64,000 nucleotides of DNA. Source: Nostoc sp. DedSLP01 (lineage in GTDB: Bacteria > Cyanobacteriota > Cyanobacteriia > Cyanobacteriales > Nostocaceae). The notes beneath the pieces are model-generated. The model was not told the origin of the DNA and made no database searches. It worked only from the letters and a program-made list of their open reading frames with translations. Positions 1 to 9,862 of this stretch are shown here, in pieces. Location of the stretch: assembly GCA_034530875.2 (NCBI GenBank), contig JAVRCJ020000015.1, positions 133,580-197,579 on the forward strand, read 5' to 3'. The position numbers and the translations under genes were made by a program. Position 1 is the first letter of the stretch, and every line of letters begins with the position of its first letter.

Positions 1-40
1 CGGGCATTGGGCATTGGGGAGTATAAGAGTGGAGTTTAGA

Positions 41-251
41 GATTCGTCGGTGAATATCAAAGGTTCATCGGTGAATATCAAAGGTTCATCGGCGAATATC
101 AAAGGTTCATCGGCGAATATCAAAGGTTCATTCACGAATATCAAAGGTTCATCAGCGAATATCAAAGGTTCATCAGCGAATATCAAAGGTTCATCAGCGA
201 ATATCAAAGGTTCATTCACAAATATCAAAGGTTCATCGGCGAATATCAAAG
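41..251. repeat. 21-bp tandem repeat (consensus AGGTTCATCGGCGAATATCAA, about 10 copies) bracketed by inverted GGGCATT/AATGCCC heptamer arms
   Basis: Directly visible 21-nt periodicity with no unique spacers; arms at 2-19 and about 256-277. Confidence 0.9.
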
Positions 252-278
252 ACTCATGCCCAATGCCCCATACCCCAT

Positions 279-827
279 TCATCGCAATTTTTTGGCATTG
301 ATTCCTGTGAGGATACCAACTATTAGCCAAGCGATCACTAATCCGATGACTTCGCCTAAGAATAATTGAGTGAAGCGGTGTAAGAGAATTCCGACAACAG
401 AACCAAAAGGAATGGCAATTGCCCAACTTGCCGAAGAGACAAATATCCATCGCCACAGTACAGGGAATGGTTGGGAAATTGCTAAACATTGTGTCAACCC
501 GATTCCCAAGCCGCCGAGTCCTCCATAAACGGCGCCATAGAGAATTCTTGTAGGGAGAGACTGAGTGCTAGGTACAATCCAACCCAAGCTACCAATACCG
601 ATGGCAGTGATGATACTCCAACCCAAAAGACTTGACAAAATCCACCGAATACAAAATATGGGTTGTTTGAGAAGAAAACCTTGGAAAAGTGCGATCGCAA
701 ATCCGCCGATAGCTGCTTCTAATATCCCAACATCAGGCTTTTCACCGATTTCTATTAACAACAAACTCAATAAAAAACCGCCAAAAGTAGCTAAAGTCCA
801 GAGAAACGTAAAGTTAAATAATGGCAT
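279..827 (-). CDS. Hypothetical multi-pass membrane protein
   Basis: 182-aa ORF, highly hydrophobic and Gly-rich predicted helices. Confidence 0.75.
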   Translation of the reverse strand: MPLFNFTFLWTLATFGGFLLSLLLIEIGEKPDVGILEAAIGGFAIALFQGFLLKQPIFCIRWILSSLLGWSIITAIGIGSLGWIVPSTQSLPTRILYGAVYGGLGGLGIGLTQCLAISQPFPVLWRWIFVSSASWAIAIPFGSVVGILLHRFTQLFLGEVIGLVIAWLIVGILTGINAKKLR

Positions 828-829
828 CG

Positions 830-1012
830 AGGGGACTGGGGACTGGTGACTGGGTACTGGTTAAATAGGGTATGGGGCAATACAGTTCAGTTAAGAAATT
901 TATCTGTTAAGGCAGGGAGGGGGAGCAGAGGAGGCAGGGGGAGAGGGAAAGACTTACTGCAAATTCCCCTTTGCACCAGTCCCCAGTCACCAGTCACCAG
1001 CCCCCAGTCCCT
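830..1012. repeat. STRR heptamer arrays (GGGACTG/CCAGTCC type) plus a solo MITE terminal repeat CAATACAGTTCAGTTAAG at 878-895
   Basis: Visible inverted heptamer arms; the terminal repeat matches ends seen at 2584/2717. Confidence 0.7.
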
Positions 1013-2214
1013 TTTGTAAACATATCCAGAAAAGCCTTGCGTCGGTGTTGGGGTGATTCTGGTACGATGTAACCCCACAGGCTTTCCCAGTAGAAAAAGG
1101 AGATACCGTCAAAATTGCGATCGCGCACTACTTGAACCTGTGCTTTAATTTGGGGAATTTTGACCGGATTATGCACGGTTCCTGTTAAGATACCAATTCC
1201 TACCGGGATTAGACTTTGAGCCAATTTTACAGATGGTTGTTCGAGTTGAGCGATAAAAGAGTTTTTATCGCTGCGATATACCTGCAAAATTAACTCATCA
1301 GCTAAACCTTTTTTTACCCAATCTTCCCAATCTTGCAAATAGTATTTGTAGGCAAAAGCGTGGTAATTGGGAGACAAAGATATTTTTGCTTTCGGATTAA
1401 CTGCTTTGACAGCTTGATAAATTTCTGCCATGAAATCAGTGATTTTGTCTGCTCGCCAACGCATCCATTCTGGGTTAAAAGGATTACTTGGGGGATTTTT
1501 GCCTTGATGTTCTTGTTGGTAAAGTTCAATAGTGAAGCGATCGTAGCCAAACTGTACCGGCATTCCAAAATGGTCGTCAAGTTGAATACCATCGACATCA
1601 TAATTTTTGACGACTTCCACAATTAGCCCTTGAATAAACTCTTGCACTTGTGGATGTAGAGGATTTAACCAAGCTTGCTTATTTACTAACCCATTGTCAA
1701 TTTCTTCTGGTGGAGTATCTTGAATAGAGTTTATACCTTCTTGTCCCATTGTCAACCAATCAGGATAACGCCTTGCTAATTCTGAATAATGCGGCGTCAT
1801 GAACCCATATTCAAACCAGGGAATGACTCTCAAATCTTTATTTTTAGCAAGCCTGACTATCTTGGCTAAAACATCCTGTCCGCCATGCATAAACTTGAGC
1901 AAAGGTTGAGTATCAGAACCTGTAGTCATTTTAGCTACAGTACTGTGATAAAAAGTATGTCCTCGGTTCCAAATTACAGGATAAATTGTATTAAAGTTGA
2001 GAGCTGATAATTGATTAACAGCGCGATTAATGCCCCAAGGGACAAATAGTACACCACTAGCAACATTAGTCAGCCAAACGCCGCGGATTTCTGTAGTTAA
2101 AGCACTTGTTTTTTGAGAATAGACTGGGGTTGAAGAGTGTGAGAAAAATGTTATCGCTATTACTAATCCCAAACAAAGCAAGTAAGAAAAAAATCGGCGT
2201 GCAACCTGATTCAT
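994..2214 (-). CDS. Glycoside hydrolase family 10-like (DUF187/GHL10) secreted protein
   Basis: EIRGVW, PWFEYG, WLNPLHP and DGIQLDDHF motifs; N-terminal signal/TM segment. Confidence 0.85.
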   Translation of the reverse strand: MNQVARRFFSYLLCLGLVIAITFFSHSSTPVYSQKTSALTTEIRGVWLTNVASGVLFVPWGINRAVNQLSALNFNTIYPVIWNRGHTFYHSTVAKMTTGSDTQPLLKFMHGGQDVLAKIVRLAKNKDLRVIPWFEYGFMTPHYSELARRYPDWLTMGQEGINSIQDTPPEEIDNGLVNKQAWLNPLHPQVQEFIQGLIVEVVKNYDVDGIQLDDHFGMPVQFGYDRFTIELYQQEHQGKNPPSNPFNPEWMRWRADKITDFMAEIYQAVKAVNPKAKISLSPNYHAFAYKYYLQDWEDWVKKGLADELILQVYRSDKNSFIAQLEQPSVKLAQSLIPVGIGILTGTVHNPVKIPQIKAQVQVVRDRNFDGISFFYWESLWGYIVPESPQHRRKAFLDMFTKGTGGW

Positions 2215-2346
2215 TGGTCAGCGTTACCTAATGCGATCGCAATATTATATATAACTACAAAATAAAATTCTAATCCTCCGGTATTTATGAATAAATCATG
2301 ATTAAATTTTCTAAAACCTGCAACCATATATAGTTAAATTGGCTAC

Positions 2347-2380
2347 AAAAAAGAGCCAATGCTGTCATCAACAGCATTGG
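2347..2380 (-). terminator. Rho-independent terminator
   Basis: Perfect 10-bp stem CCAATGCTGT/ACAGCATTGG followed by a U-tract on the minus strand. Confidence 0.7.
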
Positions 2381-2583
2381 TTTCTAACTTTTATTTACAA
2401 TGATTCTTTTATTTGTTGCGAGGTGCTTATTCGTTAATTTGCACGCTTGTCATCCGTAGGGTCAGCCGGAAAATTCGTTAAATATCAGTGAGATGGACTG
2501 CTTACCCTACTCTACCTTCTCCCGTATGGTGTCGTCTTGTAGCAGACTCAAAACTGTAGAAAGTTTTTATCTTGCTTATACCT

Positions 2584-2717
2584 CAATACGCTTGGTGTTA
2601 AGCCCAAAAAAATAAATTGTGTAGATTGTGTTGAACAAAGTGAAACCCAACAAATGCCCGATAGTGTTGGGTTTCGTTCCTCACCAACCTACAATTATCC
2701 TTAACTGACCTGTATTG
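2584..2717. mobile_element. Nezha-like MITE carrying a REP-like hairpin
   Basis: About 18-bp imperfect TIRs (CAATAC...GTTAAG / CTTAAC...GTATTG), 134 bp long, flanking 10-bp near-direct repeat GCTTATACCT/GCTTATACTT. Confidence 0.7.
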
Positions 2718-2732
2718 GCTTATACTTCTTTT

Positions 2733-4205
2733 TTAAAATCTTTCGACACCTTCAAATTGCTTGATAGACGACGCATTTGCAGCTTCACCACAAGTTCGTG
2801 GTGTGGGGAATATCTTTTCAGGATTTGCTAAACCTTGAGGATTAAAAACTTGTCGTATCCATTGCATAGTTTCTAAATCAACTTGGCTAAACATTTCCGG
2901 CATATAGCACTTTTTCTCTTCACCAATGCCATGTTCGCCAGAAATACTACCACCAACTTGGACGCAAAGTTTGAGAATTTTTCCTCCCATTTCTTCAACT
3001 TTTTCTAATGCTCCAGGCACAGAATTATCATACAGAATTAGCGGATGCAGATTGCCATCCCCAGCGTGAAACACATTAGCAACTCGATACCCATATTGTT
3101 CGCTTAAAATTCTAATTTCATGCAGCACATAAGGCAACTGAGTCCGAGGAATCACACCATCTTGTACATAATAATCTGGACTTAAATTTCCAGCAGCAGC
3201 AAAAGCAGCTTTACGCCCTTTCCATAACTTCAACCGTGTTTCTGGGTCGCTAGCAGAAGTAACATTACGCGCTCCATTCTTTTTACAAATTTCTATAACT
3301 CGCTGCTTATTGCCTGTAACTTCGACTTCCAACCCGTCAATTTCTATCAGCAAAATAGCAGCAGCATCGCGGGGATAACAATTAGTTGCGACAACATCTT
3401 CAACCGCATTGATAGTAAAGTTATCCATCATTTCCATACCACCAGGAATAATTCCGGCACTGATGATGTCAGAAACAGTAGCTCCAGCAGCTTCAATACT
3501 TGTGAAATCTGCTAATAGCACACAAATTGATTCTGCACTTTTGAGAATTCGCAAAGTAATTTCTGTCGCAATTCCTAAAGTGCCTTCAGAACCAACAAAA
3601 ACACCAGTTAAATCGTAACCAGGCATTTCTGGAATTTGTCCGCCTAAATCAACAATTTCTCCTAAAGGTGTAACAATTTTTAATCCTAAAACGTGGTTAG
3701 TAGTGACGCCATATTTCAGACAATGCACGCCACCAGAATTTTCGGCAATATTTCCGCCAATAGAGCAAATAATTTGGCTAGAAGGGTCAGGAGCGTAGTA
3801 AAAACCAGCACCACTAACGGCTTGTGTCACCCAACTATTAATCACCCCTGGTTGCACAACTGTCCGTTGATTTTCCAAATCAATGCTGAGGATTTGCCGC
3901 ATTAATGAAGTGACAATTAAAACCGAATCTTCCAACGGCAAAGCACCGCCAGATAAACCGGTGCCAGAACCACGCGCGATGAACGGGATAGAGTATTGGT
4001 TGCATATTTTCACAACTTGGGCAACTTGTTCTGTAGTTCTCGGTAAAACCACCACAGCCGGACGTTGACGATAGCCGGTTAAACCATCGCATTCATAAGT
4101 AATAAGTTCTTCGCGGCGTTGCACTACACCATTTTTGCCAAGTACAGCCTCGAATGCTTTGATAATGGGTTTCCAGTTACGTTGTTTTTTATCTTGGGTA
4201 AGCAT
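2733..4205 (-). CDS. glcD: Glycolate oxidase/dehydrogenase FAD-binding subunit
   Basis: RGSGTGLSGG, PDPSS, GGVHCLKYG, HAGDGNLHP and GEHGIG motifs. Confidence 0.92.
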   Translation of the reverse strand: MLTQDKKQRNWKPIIKAFEAVLGKNGVVQRREELITYECDGLTGYRQRPAVVVLPRTTEQVAQVVKICNQYSIPFIARGSGTGLSGGALPLEDSVLIVTSLMRQILSIDLENQRTVVQPGVINSWVTQAVSGAGFYYAPDPSSQIICSIGGNIAENSGGVHCLKYGVTTNHVLGLKIVTPLGEIVDLGGQIPEMPGYDLTGVFVGSEGTLGIATEITLRILKSAESICVLLADFTSIEAAGATVSDIISAGIIPGGMEMMDNFTINAVEDVVATNCYPRDAAAILLIEIDGLEVEVTGNKQRVIEICKKNGARNVTSASDPETRLKLWKGRKAAFAAAGNLSPDYYVQDGVIPRTQLPYVLHEIRILSEQYGYRVANVFHAGDGNLHPLILYDNSVPGALEKVEEMGGKILKLCVQVGGSISGEHGIGEEKKCYMPEMFSQVDLETMQWIRQVFNPQGLANPEKIFPTPRTCGEAANASSIKQFEGVERF

Positions 4206-4446
4206 AGGTTTTTAAAGGTAGATGTTTAAGCTTGATTAGGCTGTAATTACCATTGTTGCAAGAATAGCAGTTCGTGAGAAGTAAGAAGCGATCGCTCTGG
4301 TCTTCTGGATTCCGCTTAAGGTTGAGGAGGCGATCGCATTGCTTATATTTATTTGTTTAGGGTATCGATTAAGGTGAGGTAAGGTAACTTAGGAATTTAC
4401 AATTAGCCCTTACAACCTCATATATTAATAAACAAACTTTCGTATC

Positions 4447-4812
4447 TTATGAAATGATTTCGTTACTCAGGTCATGCCCTTCAATAAATTCCTGGACAAG
4501 ATAAAATTCTCTATTTTCCTCAAAAAAGTCATACAGTTCAGGAATTTGCAGATGTTCTTTACCCAATTTGAACAGAATTGCTGCTTCTTTCTTAAATCTT
4601 TGCTCTGTATCTAGGTCTGGGGCTGAGGATCCGATCAACCGTTTGATAACACATTTATACTTAGGTATGACTGGTAGATCCTGTGGGTATTTAGCCAAAT
4701 AGGTTTCTCCGAACCCACCTGCTCCCAATTTCTCTACAATTTTGTAACGCTGTCGGAGTATATATCCAATCATGACACTGATACTAGAAACCCTTTGTGT
4801 AGATTTTGGCAC
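4447..4812 (-). pseudogene. Truncated Ser/Thr protein kinase (N-lobe only)
   Basis: LGAGGFGETYLA, VIK, RFKKEA and YLVQEFIEG present; stops before the HRD/DFG catalytic motifs. Confidence 0.75.
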
Positions 4813-4901
4813 AATTTATTTGATAACAGCATTCTTGTTGTTAATTACTCTCTTATCCTGAATCAACTAACCTAGAAATAACGCTCTTAATACTGGATAC
4901 A

Positions 4902-5633
4902 GTGATGGTTAATCAACTTTTAATCCATGATGATGATTACTATGTGCCAGATGCCAACCAGTTAGTTACTGAAGATGATACACCTGTGGACAATTTTGCT
5001 TCCGAAAAACAACAACGTCTCTTGGTTGGCTCTCTTTACAGTTCTCCACAGGAGCAGACTTTTTTAGCAGCAGCGAATGTCGGCATTTACCATACAGATG
5101 GTCAACCAGCAATTGTACCTGATGTCTTTCTCAGCTTCAATGTCCAAGTACCTGAAAATTGGTGGGAAAAACAAAATCGTTGTTATATGGTTTGGCGTTT
5201 TGGTAAACCACCAGAAGTTGTCCTCGAAATTGTCTCTAATAAAGAAGGTGATGAACTGGGCAAAAAGCTGAAAATTTATGAACACATGCGGGCTAGTTAC
5301 TACATCGTATATGACCCAAATCAGCAATTAGCAGAAAAAATATTGCATGTTTATGAACTTAGGGGAACACGCTACTTTGAAACTTCAGAAACTTGGTTAG
5401 AACAAGTTGGTTTAGGTATAACTCTATGGCAAGGTGAATTTGAAAGTAGACAAGATACTTGGTTACGCTGGTGCTACCAAGATGGAACTGTTTTAACAAC
5501 AGGAGATGAACGTGCTGAACAGGAACGACAACTTGCTGAACAGGAACGACAACGTGCTGAAAAAGCAGAACAACGCAATCAATTACTAGCAGATAGACTA
5601 CGGGCTATGGGCGTAGATCCTGACACTCTTTAA
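4902..5633 (+). CDS. Uma2 family (DUF820) endonuclease-like protein
   Basis: VPDVF and PEVVLEIVS motifs; C-terminal ERAEQER coiled repeat. Confidence 0.88.
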   Translation: MMVNQLLIHDDDYYVPDANQLVTEDDTPVDNFASEKQQRLLVGSLYSSPQEQTFLAAANVGIYHTDGQPAIVPDVFLSFNVQVPENWWEKQNRCYMVWRFGKPPEVVLEIVSNKEGDELGKKLKIYEHMRASYYIVYDPNQQLAEKILHVYELRGTRYFETSETWLEQVGLGITLWQGEFESRQDTWLRWCYQDGTVLTTGDERAEQERQLAEQERQRAEKAEQRNQLLADRLRAMGVDPDTL

Positions 5634-5692
5634 GACACTCGCTGTAAAGACGCAAAGTTCTTTTGCGTCTTTGCATAAGCAAAAAAATCTTA

Positions 5693-6598
5693 CTAACTTG
5701 TGCAATTGATAAACTCATTTATCCGTCGCCAAACCTTCTCTAATAACTCAGGATCGTCCGCATCAAACCACTCAATTTGTGAATATGCTCTAAACCAAGT
5801 ACGTTGTCGCTTGGCAAATTGTCTTGTATGCAAAATAGTTAATTCTTTCGCTTCATCTAAGGAAATATCCCCAGCTAAATATTGCTTGATTTCTTGATAG
5901 CCCAAAGTATTCAACAATGGCAAATCAGCGCCATATTTTTGACATAAATATTCCACTTCAGCGACCAAACCATTTGCTATCATTTGCTCGGTACGCTGTT
6001 GAATACGTAGACCCAACTTTTCAACATCGCAATCTAACCCAATTTGTAAAATCGGATAATTTGGTGGATTTTCCCCTTGCTGTTCTGAAATTGGATATCC
6101 AGTTACATAATATACTTCTAAAGCTCGTAAAGTTCGTACTAAGTCATTAGCATGAATTTTTTGGGCAGCAACGGGATCGACTTGTTGCAACATTGCATAA
6201 AGTTGATTTTGACCGAGAGATTCAAGTTGCGATCGCAATTCATTTTGCGCTGCCACACGAGGAATTTTCATCCCTTGGACAATAGACCGTATGTATAAAC
6301 CAGTACCTCCAACCATGAACAGTGGCAAGCCAGATGGAAAAGAATTGATTAAGGCTTGCACTTTTTGCTGATAGTCTGCTACTGTCATCGTGTCTGTTGG
6401 GTCGCAGATATCTATTAAATAGTGGGGCACTAATTTTTGTTCAGCTAGACTTGGCTTTGCCGTTCCAATATCAAACTCCCGATAAACTTGGCGAGAGTCA
6501 GCACTGAGAATTACAGAACCCAACCGCATTGCCAAAGCCAAAGCCAACCCTGACTTCCCCGTTGCCGTCGCCCCACAAATTACAATTAATCTTGTCAT
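5693..6598 (-). CDS. miaA: tRNA dimethylallyltransferase
   Basis: GATATGKS, DSRQVY, GTAKP, VGGTGLY and AKRQRTWF motifs. Confidence 0.96.
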   Translation of the reverse strand: MTRLIVICGATATGKSGLALALAMRLGSVILSADSRQVYREFDIGTAKPSLAEQKLVPHYLIDICDPTDTMTVADYQQKVQALINSFPSGLPLFMVGGTGLYIRSIVQGMKIPRVAAQNELRSQLESLGQNQLYAMLQQVDPVAAQKIHANDLVRTLRALEVYYVTGYPISEQQGENPPNYPILQIGLDCDVEKLGLRIQQRTEQMIANGLVAEVEYLCQKYGADLPLLNTLGYQEIKQYLAGDISLDEAKELTILHTRQFAKRQRTWFRAYSQIEWFDADDPELLEKVWRRINEFINCTS

Positions 6599-6643
6599 TA
6601 GTCATTAGTCATTAGTCATTAGTCATTAGTCATTAGTCATTAG
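6594..6643. repeat. STRR2-like heptamer array (GTCATTA)x7 overlapping the miaA start
   Basis: Perfect tandem heptamers. Confidence 0.9.
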
Positions 6644-6849
6644 TTTTTTTCCCTCTCCCCCTGCCTCCTCTGCCTCCTCTGCCTCCCCTGCCCCTCCACC
6701 CCTGCTCCCAAGGGTACTGCAACCCCTGTATAAACTTCTCTTGAAAATGCCCTACAGACGGCAGCAAGGCTTTTGTGTTACAATTTTGGAGTGTTTTTAC
6801 TTTTATTTGCCTTTCGGCGAGTTAAACCCCACGCATCAGGAGAATTTAC

Positions 6850-8787
6850 ATGACGAGCAGTTACAGTGCCGATCAGATTCAAGTTCTGGAAGGTCTGGAA
6901 GCCGTCCGCAAACGACCAGGAATGTACATCGGTACTACAGGGCCGCGAGGACTCCACCATTTAGTTTACGAGGTGGTAGACAATTCAATTGATGAGGCTT
7001 TGGCGGGTTACTGCACCCATATAGAGGTGGATATCAACGCTGATGGTTCTGTAACTGTAACAGATGATGGTCGCGGTATTCCTACAGATACTCACTCACG
7101 AACGGGAAAATCAGCTTTGGAAACTGTGTTAACCGTACTTCATGCTGGGGGTAAGTTTGGCGGTGGTGGTTACAAAGTTTCTGGAGGATTGCACGGGGTT
7201 GGTATTTCTGTTGTTAATGCCTTGTCTGAGATTGTAGAAGTTACAGTTTGGCGAGACAAAAAGGTTCATACCCAACGCTATGAACGGGGTGTACCAGTTA
7301 CCGATTTGCAAGTTAAGCCTTACAAAGAAGCTAGAACTGGAACTTCTGTCAGCTTCAAGCCAGATACTCAAATTTTTACCACTGGTATTGAGTTTGATTA
7401 CATTACTTTATCAGGTCGCCTGCGAGAATTAGCTTATCTAAATGCTGGTGTCAAAATTACCTTTAGCGACCACCGCCTAGAATTACTCAAAAGCGATACA
7501 CCCAAGGTAGAATCCTACGAATACAAGGGTGGGATTAAAGAATATATCGCTTACATGAACCGTGAAAAGCAGCCACTACATGAAGAAATTATCTATGTCC
7601 AAGGGGAACGGAATAACGTTCAAGTAGAAGTTTCTTTACAGTGGTGTACCGATGCTTATACGGATAACGTGTTAGGCTTTGCTAACAATATTCGCACGGT
7701 TGATGGGGGCACGCACTTAGAAGGGTTGAAAGCAGTTCTGACTCGCACGTTAAATGCGATCGCCCGCAAGCGAAATAAAATTAAAGAAAATGAACCCAAC
7801 CTCAGTGGCGAACACGTCCGCGAAGGTTTAACAGCAGTAATTTCTGTCAAAGTCCCCGACCCAGAATTTGAAGGACAAACCAAAACCAAACTCGGTAACA
7901 CTGAAGTCCGGGGAATTGTCGATTCTTTGGTGGGAGAAGTCCTCACGGAGTACCTAGAATTTCACCCCGGTATTGCTGATGCGATTTTAGATAAAGCCAT
8001 CCAAGCTTTCAAAGCCGCAGAAGCCGCGCGTCACGCGCGGGAATTAGTCAGACGCAAATCTGTACTGGAATCTTCGCCATTACCCGGTAAATTAGCAGAT
8101 TGTAGTTCTCGCGATCCTAGCGAATCAGAGATTTTCATCGTGGAAGGTGACTCAGCGGGTGGAAGTGCCAAGCAAGGACGCGATCGCCGCACTCAAGCTA
8201 TCTTGCCTTTACGTGGTAAAATTCTCAACATTGAAAAAACCGATGACGCCAAAATTTATAAAAATAACGAAGTGCAAGCGTTAATTACAGCACTGGGTTT
8301 AGGCGTCAAAGGCGAAGAATTCGACTCCTCCCAACTGCGCTATCACCGCATAGTGATTATGACTGACGCCGACGTAGATGGAGCGCACATCCGGACTTTG
8401 TTGTTAACTTTCTTCTATCGCTATCAGCGATCGCTCATCGAACAAGGCTTTATTTATATTGCTTGTCCGCCATTATATAAGGTAGAACGCGGGCGCAATC
8501 ATGAATATTGCTACAGCGATCGCGAAAAAGACCAAGTAATCGCCAAATTCCCAGCCAATGCCAACTACACCATCCAACGCTTCAAAGGTTTGGGTGAAAT
8601 GATGCCACAACAACTCTGGGATACGACAATGAACCCAGAAACTCGCAAACTCAAACAAGTCGAAATCGAAGACGCCGCCGAAGCCGATCGCATTTTCACT
8701 ATTTTAATGGGCGATCGTGTCGCACCTCGAAGAGAATTCATTGAAACCTATGGTTCTAAACTCAACTTCACCGATTTAGATATTTAA
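6850..8787 (+). CDS. gyrB: DNA gyrase subunit B
   Basis: [34 protein letters not shown] and QRFKGLGEM motifs. Confidence 0.98.
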   Translation: MTSSYSADQIQVLEGLEAVRKRPGMYIGTTGPRGLHHLVYEVVDNSIDEALAGYCTHIEVDINADGSVTVTDDGRGIPTDTHSRTGKSALETVLTVLHAGGKFGGGGYKVSGGLHGVGISVVNALSEIVEVTVWRDKKVHTQRYERGVPVTDLQVKPYKEARTGTSVSFKPDTQIFTTGIEFDYITLSGRLRELAYLNAGVKITFSDHRLELLKSDTPKVESYEYKGGIKEYIAYMNREKQPLHEEIIYVQGERNNVQVEVSLQWCTDAYTDNVLGFANNIRTVDGGTHLEGLKAVLTRTLNAIARKRNKIKENEPNLSGEHVREGLTAVISVKVPDPEFEGQTKTKLGNTEVRGIVDSLVGEVLTEYLEFHPGIADAILDKAIQAFKAAEAARHARELVRRKSVLESSPLPGKLADCSSRDPSESEIFIVEGDSAGGSAKQGRDRRTQAILPLRGKILNIEKTDDAKIYKNNEVQALITALGLGVKGEEFDSSQLRYHRIVIMTDADVDGAHIRTLLLTFFYRYQRSLIEQGFIYIACPPLYKVERGRNHEYCYSDREKDQVIAKFPANANYTIQRFKGLGEMMPQQLWDTTMNPETRKLKQVEIEDAAEADRIFTILMGDRVAPRREFIETYGSKLNFTDLDI

Positions 8788-9190
8788 TTCAATTTTTTCT
8801 CAGCACTCTCATAATTTGTGACGTTGGCAATGGGTAATAGATACAAAATCTATTACCCATTGCCTTTTTTTTCATATACCATTCAAAGTAAAATATTACT
8901 AATAAGCAGGAATTTGAAAATAAAAAATATTCAAATTTTCTTGTGGGGTGGGCGTCTCGCCCGCCCGTAATCAAGGCAGACAAGATGTTTGCTCAAAAAA
9001 TACTAATTTATTTCTTGGTAACCCCTTAGTAAGAAACTACCTCTTTTGGCGGATGCTAAACTCAGAAATTATTCAATATTTTATATTAATTTTTATAACT
9101 AACAATTATACCGATAAATAAGTGACCATATTCATAAATTCAGGAATTATTAACTATAATTCTTGAATTAATTTAATTATAAGCCAAATT

Positions 9191-9862
9191 ATGAAAGCAA
9201 CCAAAGGCATAATCAGAAAAACATTTTTTAAAATTATTAGCATTAGTAGCCTGGTTTCTCTGTCTGCCTGCGCTGAACCTGTGACACAAACTCCTACAGC
9301 AACCGTTCCTTCTATTTCCCAAACCCCTCTAACAACTGTCCCTCCTATTGTGGGAGTTCCCACAATAATTCCTTCTCCCGTAACGCAAACTCCCCCACCC
9401 ACTCAAAATTTAGCAGAACTGGCAAAAACAGCAGCAGCTCAGGGACAATTTCAAACTCTTATAAAAGTAGTAGGCATCGCTGGCGTAAACGAACAATTAA
9501 CAGCACCAGGCCCTTACACAATTTTTGCACCCACGGACGCGGCTTTCTCTGCTTTACCACAAGTTACTCTAGATAAACTCTTACAGCCAGCTAACAAGCA
9601 ACAATTAGTTAGACTTTTGGCTTACCACGTTATACCCGGGCAAATTAACTCCCAAGAATTAACATCTGGAGAATTGAAAACCGTCGAAGGTACTCCGGTT
9701 AAAATCACAGTCGATCGCAATACTAAAACTATAAGCGTCAACAATGCTAAAGTGACTCAGCCTGATATCCCAGCAACCAATGGGATCGTTCACGTAGTTG
9801 ACCGCGTACTTCTACCACCCAATTTTCCCACAAGTCTCAACGCCACCCCAAAACAACGCTAG
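9191..9862 (+). CDS. Fasciclin (FAS1) domain lipoprotein with a Pro/Thr-rich linker
   Basis: Lipobox LSAC; YTIFAPTDAAF, LAYHVI and NGIVHVVDRVL FAS1 motifs. Confidence 0.88.
   Translation: MKATKGIIRKTFFKIISISSLVSLSACAEPVTQTPTATVPSISQTPLTTVPPIVGVPTIIPSPVTQTPPPTQNLAELAKTAAAQGQFQTLIKVVGIAGVNEQLTAPGPYTIFAPTDAAFSALPQVTLDKLLQPANKQQLVRLLAYHVIPGQINSQELTSGELKTVEGTPVKITVDRNTKTISVNNAKVTQPDIPATNGIVHVVDRVLLPPNFPTSLNATPKQR

Noticed and set aside
41..251. Possible CRISPR array, or a real 95-aa protein (ORF 14-301)
   Set aside because: Repeats are contiguous with no unique spacers and no cas genes nearby; the ORF is a by-product of the 21-nt (3n) periodicity
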